The notes under the pieces are model-generated. The model was not told the DNA's origin. It did no database searches and saw only the letters and a list, made by a program, of their open reading frames with translations. This document shows positions 25,501 through 38,405 of a stretch of DNA of 64,000 nucleotides, piece after piece. How positions within the stretch are numbered: the stretch's first letter is position 1; each line of letters starts with the position of its first letter. The translations under genes were made by a program, and so were the position numbers. Origin of the DNA: Takakia lepidozioides (lineage: Eukaryota > Plantae > Bryophyta); the NCBI GenBank assembly GCA_030704615.1, contig CM060732.1, positions 51,584,001 to 51,648,000 on the forward strand, read 5' to 3'.

Positions 25501-25819
25501 GACGCGTTCCGTGGTTGCTATGCTGTAACCTCTTGAGCAGTGACCACTGCCTCCTCTGTCAGTGACAATGTCTCATCCTGCCCCATCATCCCATCCTTGA
25601 GGACCTCCTCAACCCGAGAAAAATCCCTAACCTGATCCATCACTGCCGCCGTGGCTGCCAACTCCTTCTGAATCTCGAGCACCTCCCACGTGTGCCATAG
25701 ATGCGGCCTGCACCTCGTGGTCCTCACCTGTTTGCCCCCACTCGCTGCCTGTACCGTCTTGGTAGGCAAAGAGACTATCAAGGGAATTGTACTGCATATT
25801 CTGCGCTGCTCAGCCATAG

Positions 25820-26770
25820 CCAAATTGATAATCCATGTCAAGCAATTGAGATCCATGGCTTGTCCCAACACCTGACGACGTGATGCCTCATAAAGAGATG
25901 GCACCACCGTGGTACCAGTGGTAAACCCATTGCCCGCTCGCGCTCGTCAGCATTGGGCTCCACTAACTGCTGCAATTGGCTATCCCACAAGAGGCCAGGT
26001 CCACCATCCTGGAAAGCATGAGATCATGGAAAGCTGAGCAGTGTAGGCAATGCTGCTCGTGGGTGACCCACCTTATTGACCATTGCCAAAGGTGATTGGT
26101 CATCATGTCTCACACGCTGAGACTACCTCCCTATGTCCAAAATGCTATCCACAGTCAGGTTTGGTGGCCGCTGCACCCCATCAAATGCACGCTTGAGCAA
26201 TGCAGGTAGCATCAAGTTGGTCCACCATAGTCGTGGGCGATGAGCCCGTGACCCCACTGCAGCTCCATCCAGCAACACTACTGACCCAAGCCAAGACCGC
26301 ACTTGATGTACATTGGCCATCGCCTTGGCCCGAGAATCACCCATCAATGGCACATTCTCCAAGATATATGCCGGAGAGTCTGTCTGCTGAAGTTGTAAAT
26401 AGCGCAGGACCCTCAATATCTCCCAAAACAGGCGTGACCTTGAGTCTTGTAACCCATTGCCATACCCAGCTGATGAAAGCCCTTGGCAGGGCCAACCTGC
26501 CACTACTAAGTGAATAGGGCCAACCCGCTCCAAATCATGCGCCCCCAGCAAGGAGATGTCTGCTGGCAAGGCTTGTTGGAATCCACGAACTGCAGACACT
26601 GGCAATAAATCAGGGTACTGCTACACCAACTGAGCAACATGGCGCAATGAGACGCGTCGTGCAGTCTCATCCCTCTCCACATATAGGTAACATCGAACTC
26701 GTATACCTGCCTACAGCACTACAGCCAATCCAGTGCTAATTCCGCCAAACAAGTCCAGAAGGCATATGCC
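25820..26770 (-). pseudogene. C5-cytosine DNA methyltransferase domain within the Gypsy polyprotein
   Basis: Motif I LLDLFGGI, II YVERD, IV VVAGWPCQGLS, V SRLF, VI YILENV, VIII AHRPRLWW, IX EPNADERERAMG and X RQVLGQAMDL. Interrupted by TAG stops (26711, ~26621, 26123) and frameshifts. Confidence 0.9.
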
Positions 26771-29700
26771 TCCATCCGGGCACTGCCACACAAGAGGTGT
26801 TGTGTCCAATGGCGAGGTGGTCATGGTGCAATCACCGCACTCTCCTCCTCTCCTGACGGTACAAAGGCCTTTACCCATGCTTGTTGCAACCATCTATCAG
26901 CAGCATGCTGCAAATCCTTGCTCGTACCCCACAATGGAATGTGAGCAACCATGGCAGGCAACTCCGCCGTACCATGTATGTCATCCTGCTCTGCTGGAGG
27001 TGGCACATCCTCTGCATGGGCATTGCCCTCCAGTAACTCTCTAGGCCAACTAACTGCAGCTGTGAAGGCTGCTAGTGTTGGCATTTTGCCCCGTTGGACA
27101 GCAGCAACATCCCCAATGAACGTCACAGGGAGCTGTACACGACGACCATCCCCTGACTGCCATCCAGGCCTGTAGGATGCTGACTCCTCCCAAAAATCCA
27201 GGGTGAAGCCCATGGGATACAACACTGCCCCACCAACGAGGATATCGTAAGAGACTGCGTCTATCACAATAGCCTTGGCTCGCATCACTGAGCCATCTAT
27301 AGGATGATCCAGCTGTAGTCTAATGGCCAACACACGCCGTGTCATGCCCCGAGCCTGCTCTGATCCTCCCAGAGATGTCTGTATCTGGAGGGGACAAGGC
27401 TCCATATTCGCCTCCATGAGGCCCAAACCTGCAATAGCGGTTTTGCCCAACATCAGTGGCTGAGCTCCCGAGTCCAACAAGACCCACAGTGGCCGGTACC
27501 TCTTGTCTGCCGGTCCACTCAAAGAGAAAATATCATCCTGGTTATCTAACAAGACAACTCCAGGTGTCACCATGGCGCGCTCAAAGGCTGGCCTAGCTGG
27601 CAGCTCCGTCAACCTGGCAGCTGCAGCTTGCCATGGCGTAGCCGTGGCAGTCTTGACCCTCAAATCCGAGGATCCCTCTGCCACTACACCTTCCACTAAC
27701 TCCGCAGAAGATGAAGTGACATCTCTACTCTCACAGAGTATTGCTGCTAGTCTGAACACTGCAGCTGATCTTACCCCCGGCGTCGCAATCATGGTTGCCA
27801 AGAACAGTGGGGCTTGATACACAGAGGTGGCTGCCCCCAACAACACACTGGATGCACTAGCCTTGGCAGCAGGTGTCAATGCTACACGTGTAGCTCTCCC
27901 CAATGGCACAATAACGGCCTCCGTATCTGTCGAGCGAGAACTAGGTGCCATGGATATCGTCGCCACTGTCTCCCCCAAGATGAATGATTGAGGCAACCTA
28001 GCCTGTCGGCTTGCCTCCCCACGCTGTGGATCTAGCTCCACCTCTGCACCTCGTGGCTCAGGAACTCGTGCTGCTCCTCGAGTGACAGCTGCAGCAGACT
28101 CCACCTGCACTAGTGGTAGTGCTGCCCCACACATAAATCCCATGTCTCCCATGTCTCCTCCATCAAGATGACGCTGCTGAGGAGGAACAGGAGGTGGACC
28201 CTTAGGTCTTGGAGTTGGTACCACCTGAGCTGTGGCCATGGCAGCAAGCTTTTGCTCTAGTTGCTGAAGCCGGTTGACCATGCCTTGGTCAACGCCCTGA
28301 CCTCCACGTCCTTGGCCATATTGTGCTTGCCCTCGTCCTGCACCTCGTGCTTGACCACCTTGTCCTCTCTGAGGTGCTCCACCTTGCCCTCGGCCACTAT
28401 TGTTCCCTTGGAACTGGCCTCGCCGCAACTCAGGGTGTAAGTCATAACACTGGGCATCTCCATGCCCATACTTGCCACAATGCCCACATTGTAACTGTGC
28501 AGGATGTGCTTGTGCCAGCCCTTTGTCACTTTCTAGGCAATCTTTCTTAACATGGGGTCGTCCATATGTCCAACATACCACCCCTGGTTGCTGTTGGCCT
28601 GCAAAAGAAGCTACTGGCCTCTGCACCTGAGATCCCCTGTAAGCTCCATGGAATTTGGGTTGGGCAACCTTGCCCCCCTGACCACGCTGTTGGGCAGTCC
28701 CTTGTACCTGTTGGCTGGCAGCTACGCCTCGTGCAGGCATGTCCTTGCCAAATCCAATGGTAACAACTCGCTCCTCCACCATGTTGAGCTCAATCCGCTC
28801 AGCCAGCAGAAACACATCTGCTAATGTGAGTTGGGGCGCTTGTAACAGGGTTGCATCCCGCACCCTTCTCCTGAGCTCTTTGTCCAAAATTCCATACCAG
28901 AACTGGACTGCCTGAGCTTCAGTAACCCCTTGGGTCACACTTATCAAGCGCCTCATACGAGCGTAGGCCTCTCACAAGCTCTCACTAGATTTGCGCTGGA
29001 AGTCTTGCAAACTTCGCAGCTTCTCTATCCGTACACCTTGGTAGTTCCTCCGCAACTCCTGGAAGAACTCCACCACCGGATTGAATCTAGGCACATGTGT
29101 TGTCGTGGCAGGAGGAGTAGTAGCACCTTTTGAACTGGTACCACCTGCAGAAGTACCGGCACTACTTGTTCCACTACTAGTGTTGGCAGTGGGAGATATT
29201 GGTGCTGATGCATCTACTGGTCGCGTCGTGCCTCGAGTAATGGAGACGTAGTCAGGTGACCAATACATCCTCCACTCCTCAATCTCTGCTTCATGTCCTC
29301 GCCTGAACTCGTGGTAATAGTCCATAGGCGAGCCTTCCAAATGCTGGAACAGTCCCTTCCACGCCATGAATGGGGTGAACAGCTGTGGATTGCGCATCTG
29401 CTGCAAATCACACCAGCTGTCGAACTTCTGGATAAAGTCATCCAGCTTGATTGTGCCCACAGCTCCAGAGTACCTACGAGGCCCCTTAGTAGCTCCATAC
29501 ATCTCCTCCACGTCGTCCCACAATAATGGCGAAGAAAACTGCACACCTGTTGATGAAGCCACCGGGTCTGTGTCAAACTCTACAGTAGTTGAGGGTGGAG
29601 GTGAAGGTGGTTTGAACCGAATACCTCGTCTTGTGAACCCACTCTCACTGCGACTGCCTGTAGCCGTACTCCCCTCAAAACCCTTGGGTAACTCTGTGAT

Positions 29701-31074
29701 GACACTCACAACGTGCACCTCCCCTACGGGACACTATAAGGCTCTAATACTAATTCTAATAGTGACACGGGTGGGCACCTGTTGCAGTTTAAGGGTCATA
29801 TCCCAGTGGCTCAGGGCACCTGCACCTCTATCCACCGCAAGAACTCATATGGTTGGCTGGTCATCAACCCAGTCTCACCATAGAAGAAACACTAGTGGTC
29901 TTGCTGGTCATCACTCCAGCCTCACCACCGACAACATACTCTAGGATTGACCGGTGATCAAATCCGGCCTAATCCCTATGAAAGCAAGCGCCCACATAAA
30001 ACCAACATGGCGCACAGTCAAGCATGCATGCGTTGGAGGGGATCCAAACACAAGAAATCAAAACATCAACACCCCCACACCAAAATCCATCTGCAGTGCT
30101 GATCCTGCAGAATATCCCAGCCCAAAACCCCGGACTGACTGGCCTCCACCAAGAGAGGCTTTGGCAACTACAAGTACAAAGTAATGGAAATGGTAAAAAG
30201 AGGGAGGGGAAGAATAGAGGCCCGACCAAGCAAGATCTAATCCTGATCTATGCTATCAACTGCCAGACTTCTCTCAAAGTGCCTCGCTCTGCATGATGGT
30301 AAGGTGTAAGAGGTATATCTATGTCCAGAAACCTGCCACTGACCTTGTCCCAAGCTACAGTAGCTCGCTCTAACCAACCCTCCTCCTCTTTCTACCAGGT
30401 AGAGACAAAGCAATACTCCCCTATCTCCCGCTCACTGAACACTAAAGAAAATAAAGGTAGGGTCTGACAGTCTCTCAACTCGAAAGCTTTGAGACGGTTG
30501 CGGGTGTCCTCATTGCGAATGACTGGATCTCCTTCAAGTAGAACAAACTTTTCGTTGCTAATGAACCCCGCTCGTGGTTGCCCCGTGTAGCAAGGCAAGG
30601 ATGTATGCTTGATTTGTGCAGAGACATGGATAGCTGAAGGAGCAGGGATATAGTGTAGGTCTAGACTCAGGTGTTTCCGCCTTGGCAAGTTGCTCAGTGA
30701 CCTTCCCTGATAGCTTTGGAGTATAGTGAGTGTCTCACAATGCAATGTTGGTTGGTGCATCTTATGCGAGAACTTGGAAAACAAACAAATGTCGTTTTTC
30801 GGAGCTTTAGGCTGAACCTTTGTGCTGGGCTGCATTGTGCAGCCTGGCCTCTGCCTCAAACTCAAACTCAGACTCAGATCTTTGATCTCAGACTCAGACT
30901 CTTTGATGTCAGACTGAAGTGTATTTGGGCAATGAAGCACTTATGTAATTTTGAATTATCGTTGCATCTGCTCATTCTATCTGTTGTTCTGGCCATGCTT
31001 AGTCAGTTCTTCATGTCATGAGCAGGTTGTTGTCGTGATGCTTTGGAATTATGTTTAGGTGTCTTTAGATCGTG

Positions 31075-31633
31075 ATACTGACCACAAGCAACCTACGGTG
31101 AACTGTGGTATCCTCCACATTTATGTGGAATGTCCTACAACGTAAGCCGTAGTATATTTCACACCCGCTATGGTCTTCTCCACAGTTATGTGGAATGACC
31201 TACAGTATAGGCAGTAAAATACTCCACACCCACACCAAGAGTTGCTCCAAAATATGCCACGTGTTGCCTTGACAAAAATACACGTGGTGCCCATACCGTT
31301 GCCCAGATGTCGTCAAGCCATGGTGACAGGCTGTCGCATAATTTTCCCATAGGTGTGGACAAGTCCACACTCTTTGTACGTCTAGAATCCACGTGGCGGT
31401 GTTCGCCAAAGCACACATCGCCCGTGGAAAAAACCATTCACCCCGTGAAAAAAGCCACCTGTAGATTTAGCCACCCGTGGACTTTTCCACAGGGCCACCC
31501 GAGAGCCAGGCCGTCCACGGGGTGTCCGAAAGCACTAGTCGTTTCTTACACCCACGACAGGTGTGGATTGCGGCTGATTCCACAGCAAAAAGTGTGGAAA
31601 AAACCGTGGAAAAAACCGGTTTATCTTCTAGTG
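31075..31633. mobile_element. CACTA-like terminal fragment with subterminal repeats
   Basis: Dense ccgtgg/ccacgg/gtggaa motifs ending in ...cttctagtg at 31633 (CACTAG on the minus strand). The other terminus was not found. Confidence 0.5.
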
Positions 31634-33623
31634 AGAGCGTGTCCTGCTGCAACCATGTCTGATTGCACAAACTTGTGTAGCTCCTGCTCCTCTACTCTAG
31701 TACACCACGGCCTTGTGGTTGAACACCTTGGTCCCCGAGGCTGTCTTTTGCTGTGTTCCAAGCCTAGCTTCCACCCACTTTGGTATTTCACCTACAGCTA
31801 CAGAACTGCTTGCTCCAACAGAGTTCTGACTGTCCAAAGCAATATTGAGGCCCTCAACGCCCACTACTGCAGTTTGTTGTCTGTTGCTAATGCTTGACTC
31901 CCAGTATGCAATCAACTCGTCCAACTGCTCTCCACTCAAATCAGTCTGAGTTCCTTGAGAAACATAGATCTTGTCCCCTTGTGTGCACAGGCTAAGAGAA
32001 GAGACCTGCCCTTCAATTACGTCCTCATTTCCCCTAGCCATACAAAGAGGACGTCCACAAATTTGTCTCTCATGTAAACCACAACAGGTTCTAGAAACAG
32101 AATTGTGGATCTTTCATAGCACCCTCATACTCTCACTCACACTCAAAAAATTCCATAGAATTTTAGCAGAGTCCAAAAAACTAAATCCAAGGTCTAGATA
32201 GGTAGATTTCCCCTTTCTACAGCTATCCCCTCAAAAACTGTGTCAAACGGAGCTCATATGACAAAGATATGGCCAAAGAGGCTCTAAATCATTTAAATTA
32301 GATCATAGGGTTATTTATTTATTTATTTATTTATAAATTTAACACCAAAACGTTCTCACCATTAAAAACTGCTCCCAAGTCATCTACGAGTTCCCAACAC
32401 GTCCATGTAGTTCTCACAGATTCCCTGGATTTCACCTACAGGTGTTTCAAACATACACCGGTGAACTGCTCTGCTCCAGCCAAGATCTATAGCTATGCCG
32501 ACTCCGGGGCTTTGATCCTTCGCATCCACTCCATCTAGCACACCCTTCCATGCCACACTTGACGTGCACATGATTACAAAGAAATACCGTGAGGAACTCG
32601 GTTCCTCGAGCCTCCGATGAAGCCTGATCTTCACACCAACTTACTACCAGAAGGAAGGATCTCAGCAACAGAGAGAGGGCTGGGTGGCGAGAACCAAAAC
32701 CTCCACCTTCCTCCTCGATCCAAGGCCCATCAAATTGGCTGCATCGTGTCCCATTTTAGTTGCCCTCGATAGTAACTCGGCCCTGGCTGCTCAAAATTGA
32801 CTCATTCGCGTAGTAACTTTAGCTTGTCCATGTGATAGTGCTTCCAAGAACTATTTTGTTTTAAGGAATGGAGATCTCCACCTTCCAAACGCTACAATGG
32901 TTCGGCCTGGGGACGGAGAGAGCTGGGCACTGCTTGCCACCCTCTCTGCCTTTCTGCCTCCTTCAGCTTGACGGGCGACTCAGGTAGCATAGAGAGCGAA
33001 GCAAATTGACCCCAAAATGAGAGAGGTTGTGTGCCATTACAGGTCGTTGTCTTTGCGCCCACTCATGACGTACAACTGATGAAATTTAACAGCTGTCCTG
33101 AGCTCAGCTGAGAAGAGGTAGAGTCACCGCGAGTTCTTCAAAATTATTCTCCCACAGTTCATCAAGAGCTCATCCCAATCTCACATTCTTTCGGATGCCC
33201 TACAGACTTGCAGATTGATGCAACCCTGCACAAAACCTCCGCATGTCTACACCGTCTGCAATAACTACCTCTCTTTCGGAGCGCATGCGTACAAATCAGT
33301 GCGACTCCCTTAGTCTCTCAGTGAGAAAAGAAGAAGTCTTCACAGTCTCTGCTCGGCATCCGCCTTCCTTTGCCCACAAGGTATGAATGCTTCTTTCTGT
33401 TGTCTTCCAATGAGATACTTTGCGAGAGTTTAGTTTCTCCTTGCTTAAAGAGTAAGAAACGCAGCCCGCAGTTCACAAGCACTAAGCTCGCCACATAAGA
33501 CAGAATCAGTTTCAAGAAACATGGCATGAGAGATACAAGACACTGGTCTTCGATTCAAATGTCGGGGCACTGCTTTTTCTTTGCTCGAAAGAGCTCGAGT
33601 AGAGGAAGAAACGAGAACCCACT

Positions 33624-33900
33624 TTACCGCTGCTGGTGCTGGATTCCAATGAGCACCTTTAGCACGTCCTGCATGGAGGGGCGTCTATCAAGCACCTCGT
33701 GTGTGCAAAGCATGGCCACATCCATCAGCTGCAGCAGCTGCTTGTCAATACCTGTGGTCTTCAGCAGTTTCACATCAAGAACTTGCCTGGCCAGCTCTGG
33801 CTTCGCCAATGCTTGCCGCACCCACTGTGAGATGTTCACGCCCTCACTGACCAGAACGAAGGCTGCTTCCCCGCAATATAGCTCCGTCCTGCCCCGGCGG
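33624..33900 (-). pseudogene. Isolated C-terminal fragment of a receptor-like kinase domain
   Basis: VNISQWVRQAL...VLDVKL...LLQLMDVAMLCTHEVLDRRPSMQDVLKVL corresponds to RLK subdomains X-XI (C...RPSM..V). No upstream kinase subdomains are visible. Confidence 0.75.
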
Positions 33901-34147
33901 CCTCATGCCAGAACCAATGCTATCCTCAACCAGTGGAAAGACCAATTCTTTGCCCCTGCTTGAGATGCAGCCTGCCTCCATGGACCATCTCTATACCCAG
34001 AAACCAGAGATGATCGAAACCTGCATGTTTTTTTTTTTTTTTAAGCTTCTCAAACTAAGCACTACTTACGCACAGGTAATCATACAAGTGCTAACCCTCA
34101 ACTCCTACCTTGCACTCACAGGTAAGAGCTCATCTCTCTTGAGTGAT

Positions 34148-34498
34148 TGTAAGAACTAAACTCACATGTCTGATAACAAAGAAACATAAAACACAACACA
34201 ATCACTCGTTAAACTAAGAGTCGAGCCAGGGGCACCCCAAGCTATGGGGACTCCACCCCACAACATCCTATGCTCCCTTCATAAGCACACTCAGATTCTA
34301 AGCAGCGAAGGAGCTCGGTCGTGCAGGCTCAACACGAGAGAGATGAGCTGCACGACTGACGAGCTCGTGAAGATAAGATGGTTCAGGTGTCAAGCTAAAC
34401 TTGACACCTGACTTAACACTTGAACTAATTCCAAGTGTTAAATACAAATAACTAGATTTATTCTAGTTAGTTTCACAATGTGTTTATTTAACTTGACA
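34148..34498. mobile_element. LTR-like segment (TG...CA) forming the right end of the 12.45-kb insert
   Basis: Starts tgtaag and ends ttgaca, immediately before the AGTC duplication and the resumption of element A RT. Confidence 0.45.
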
Positions 34499-34502
34499 AG
34501 TC

Positions 34503-35565
34503 CAGAAAATGCTTGATGCTGGTGTGATTAAGCCTTCAGTTTCTCCTTGGGCCAGTCCAATTGTCCTGCTTGGTAAGAAAGATGGCACCACCCGCTTCTG
34601 TGTTGACTTCAGGAAGCTGAATGACATCACCAAAAAAGATGCATACCCACTACCCAGGATTAATGAGACCTCGGATCAATTGCATGGTGCTACAATTTTC
34701 TCCTCTCTTGATCTTGCGTCTGGCTTTTGGCAAGTTCTTCTTACTATAGTAGCCAAGGAAAAGACCTCCTTTGTGTGTTGCCTGGACAAATACCAATATG
34801 AGACCATGCCTTTTGGTTTGTGCAATGCCACCTCTACATTCCAACGCCTCATGGACATTGTCTTGGGCAATCTTCGCTGGGAGTGTGCTTTAATTTATGT
34901 CGATGATATCAATGTTTACTCAGCCAATTTTGATGCTCACTTAGCTGATTTGCAGCGTGTTTTCAGCAAATTGCACACTGCAGGTCTCAAAGTAAAGCCC
35001 AAGAAGTGTGAGTTGTTCATGCCTGAGCTGCACTTCCTTGGTCATATTTTGTCCAAAGATGGTTTGTTTCTTGATCCTGCCAAGCTTGAGTCTGTTTGGG
35101 GCTTTCCTATCCCCAGGGATAAACATTGCATCAAATCCTTCCTTGGTCTGGCTTCTTATTATAGGCGCTTCATAAAGAACTTTGTCAAGCTTACTCACCC
35201 TCTGACCAAGGTATTGTGTAAAGATGTCAGGTTTGAATGGACCTTCTCCCAACAGGCTGCTTTTGACACCCTTCGCAAGGCTTTGTGTTCAGCTCCCATC
35301 CTGACCCAACTTTGAGTTACCCTTCTTGCGTCAGACTAATGCATCAGATGTTGTCATATCTGCAATCTTATGTCAAGTTGTAGAAGGCAAGGAGCATGTA
35401 ATAGCTTATGCATCCCGTCGTCTAGATCGTCATGAAAGGAATTATTCCATATCTGATAAGGAGGGTCTAGCCCTGGTCTTTGGTGTGAAGCATTTCAGGC
35501 AATATTTACATGACAGCCAGTTTGTGGTAGAGACTGATCATCTTCCACTAAAGGCTCTTGTTAAG
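34503..35565 (+). mobile_element. Ty3/Gypsy element A, middle piece: RT and RNase H
   Basis: QKMLDAGVIKPSVSPWASP...DFRKLN...LDLASGFWQ...MPFGL...YVDD...; RNase H TNAS..., ETDHLPLKALVK. Continues in frame from QEEV at 22045. Confidence 0.92.
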
Positions 35566-36276
35566 GGGTCAAAGCATGCTACGGTCCACCCAAAATGGAC
35601 GTCCCAAGCTCTCTGCAAATGCAGTGCCACATAGAAGGACTGACATGGATGTTGGATATAAGTGCATTTTGAAAGCTTAGACATGAATCATTGATCCTTA
35701 TTCTGTGCTGAAAACAATGGTGGTTTTCTTTTTGGAATCCATGGAGATTTGAGCATTGAATGAAGTCCAAACGTAAAAGTATGTATGATGTCCAAAGTAA
35801 GGTTGTGGACTAAATGGAATCAATTGGAGTGGTGGAAAACTTCAATTCACATTGGGATTTTATTGTCCAGTAGGAAGGTCACCGTTATACGTGGAAACCA
35901 CAATGTAGCCCTAAGAATTAGTTTATGAGATATGTGAGAAATTTTCAAAATATATCATTTTATCTTGGAACATCCTAATTCATTAGACCTTCTTCCATTC
36001 ATTTTCATGCTATGGTCCTTTCATAAGAAGTGTAGCTTTCAAGACTCCCTAAGGCACTTTACAATGATATGGAGGTTTTTATGAAGGAATGAACTGCTTG
36101 ATGATTTTTCATGAAGAGAGTTACATTGGTGTATATTTTGGAAAATCTAGAAAATAATGTAACATTCACATAAGGGCAAAGGGGTTGCAGGAGACACTAA
36201 AGGTTGCTACGTATGCCATTTTGGTGAAAAAAACTAAGTCGTTCGAGCTACCTACCGTGAGATATGGACTGCGCGG

Positions 36277-38405
36277 ATGCGTCCGCCATGGATGCTGCAT
36301 GAAAAGCTTCAAGCTTGTAGGTCGCGTGCACTTCAATCGCAGCTACTTACAGCCTGCGCATTACCTCCATCTAGAATAATGTTAATCTTCCCTCAAGTTG
36401 AGTCAGAGGATGTACTATGCGTTAGTTTGGATAGGTTCTCTATCCAGGGCTCCCGCCACCATAGCAATCTCATGCCTTATCGTGCTCATCCTGTTTTTGA
36501 GTGGGAACCCCTACCGGCATATTGCATTGACTGCCCTATAGCAGGAGACTTGATTATATACAGGGTCCCTCTCAAGGTCCTGAAGGATCGTAATGTTTGT
36601 TGCTGCAAATATCATGTGGAGATGGCGGAGTTGAAGGATGGGTTCAACAACATGCGAACTGCCGAGAGGGGTGTCCACTCTCCATCATCATGTACTTGTG
36701 ACTGTAATATTTGTCGATGTGGACCAGTATTAGATGGTGAAGCTGGTTGTCAAGCGAACAAGCACCCCTACAAAGGAGTGACTTGGCTTTGGCAAGAAAT
36801 TGTTTGTCCCAAAGGGGAATTGGATGAATGGCATCGGCGAGACTGTCTCATGGGAGAGTGCTTGAGGTGTGGCTCAAGTAAGTTATCTATTTGTCCCGTG
36901 GAGGCAAATGGTTGTGATTTGACAGTGCAGTGGAGATGCTATGCAAAAGAGAATGTTGGGGAGAAAGATGGAGCCCCTAGAATGAGACCGAAACTCCAAT
37001 ACCAAACGACTTTCTCTGTTGAATTCTTGTCGTACTTCAAACCCAAGCTACAGGCTTTTGTTCGTCATAACTTTGTAGCCCGATGGCAAGATGCTCAGTT
37101 TAAAGCCAGTTTGAAATCTTTGCCAGAGAATACAATATTGTTTGTTGTTGACTTTGCTGAAAACTACACTTTTACGGTTCAGAATGAAGTGCATGAGATG
37201 CACTGGCACAGTTTCCAGATCACTATATTGGTGCACATTACCTACCGGTGGAATCCACACCCTGATGTGAATGATCCCGATTCCAAGGTTTTGAAAGAAA
37301 TGCACTTTTACATTTCTGATGACAACAAGCATGACACGCTGTTCGTACAACATTGCTTTCGGTTTCATTGGAATTACCTTGCTGAAGCAGGGTTCAGACC
37401 TGAATTGCATTGGGTATGGAGTGACGGTTGTGCTACTCAGTTTAAAGGTGCTCGTCCTTGGTATTTTGTTAGTAGGTACCCCCACATCACAGGGGGTTGC
37501 ACAATGTGGTGGAACTTTTTGGATCAGGGCACGGGAAAGGTGAGCACGATGGGGCTGGTGCTGTGATCAAGAGGGCTTTACGAGCAGAGCAGTTAAACTC
37601 AAATGGTGTGAAGCTGCAAAATGCTGCTGAGGCAATAGCTTTTTTGCGCAAGAACCTATCCACCTGACCTCCTTCTTCGTACTCTAAGATTAGAACAACA
37701 GTGAAAAGACATTTTTGGCTTGTTGGTACAGAAGATGTTGACCGTACACAAGAGTGGGATTGCAAGACCGTACCTGGAACTCGGTCTTTACATTCCATTC
37801 TTGGGAGGAACAAGTCAGACCCAACCAAACTTATGGTTCGAGACTTACCATGTTTTTGTCCGCATTGTTTGGATCTTGATTGGGACAAGTGCATCAGTAT
37901 TGCTCATGCACAAAAATGGAAGTTGCAAACCCTACAACCTACAAATACAACTGCTGTCCGGAGGCAGATTGAAGAAGAAGGGGATGAAGAACAGGAGTTT
38001 GGGGGAGATGGGGAGGACTTGGCCTCCTGCTTGGATGCAGGGGACAATTTTGCCTGCAATGCTGAAGCTGGAAACTCAGAAGGGGTGGACTTCTACTTGC
38101 TCTGTTGTGAAAGGCCGGTTCACGTTGTTATGGAGACATTCACAGATGGGTGGGGAAGTACTTTTGACCCTGGCGAGCATGTGGTTGTAGGGAGATATTA
38201 CCAGTTGTGTGGAAGAAGAGATAAGGCTTACAAGTTCCTATCTGACCAGCCTTTGGCATTTCTGTATTCGCATTTGGTGAGGGCTATCAAATTTGCTATG
38301 CCTCCAGCGACATATCGAGTCAAAGGCAAGGATGCAGTCTTCACCTTGTCTGCGGATGCATTGGAAGGCATCAATGAAGCTCTAGCAGCAATGGAAGATC
38401 GCTAA
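36277..38405 (+). pseudogene. Sola-like DDD transposase (frameshift near 37520, stop near 37666)
   Basis: FVVDFAENYTFTVQNEVHEMHW, WSDGCATQFKG and GSGHGKGEHDGAGA. The C-terminal ...HLVRAIKF region is shared with copy 1. Confidence 0.85.

Larger units (their letters stand above)
22046..30300 (-). mobile_element. Ty3/Gypsy element B encoding gag, protease, C5-DNA methyltransferase, RT, RNase H, integrase and PHD finger
   Basis: Gag 29718-28972 and 28956 onward with CGHCGKYGHGDAQC; protease VLLDSGAQ; DNMT motifs; RT (DLRSGYHQ, CYIDD); RNase H (TDWS, TDHQPL); integrase (HEELGHFG..CMVC, LDFAG, TDQG, GLAER); C4HC3 PHD. PPT-like gggggg at 22135-22140 next to a short TG...CA terminal segment 22046-22130. 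Several stops and frameshifts. Confidence 0.92.

Noticed and set aside
24960-26715. TAG-to-Gln genetic code reassignment
   Set aside because: The stops occur only in decayed TEs alongside frameshifts, and the intact PUR-alpha gene ends in TAA. Mutation explains them.
30305-30469. 5' LTR of element B
   Set aside because: It has TG...CA ends and a possible PBS remnant (gctctg) nearby, but only weak similarity to 22046-22130, so an LTR pair cannot be called.
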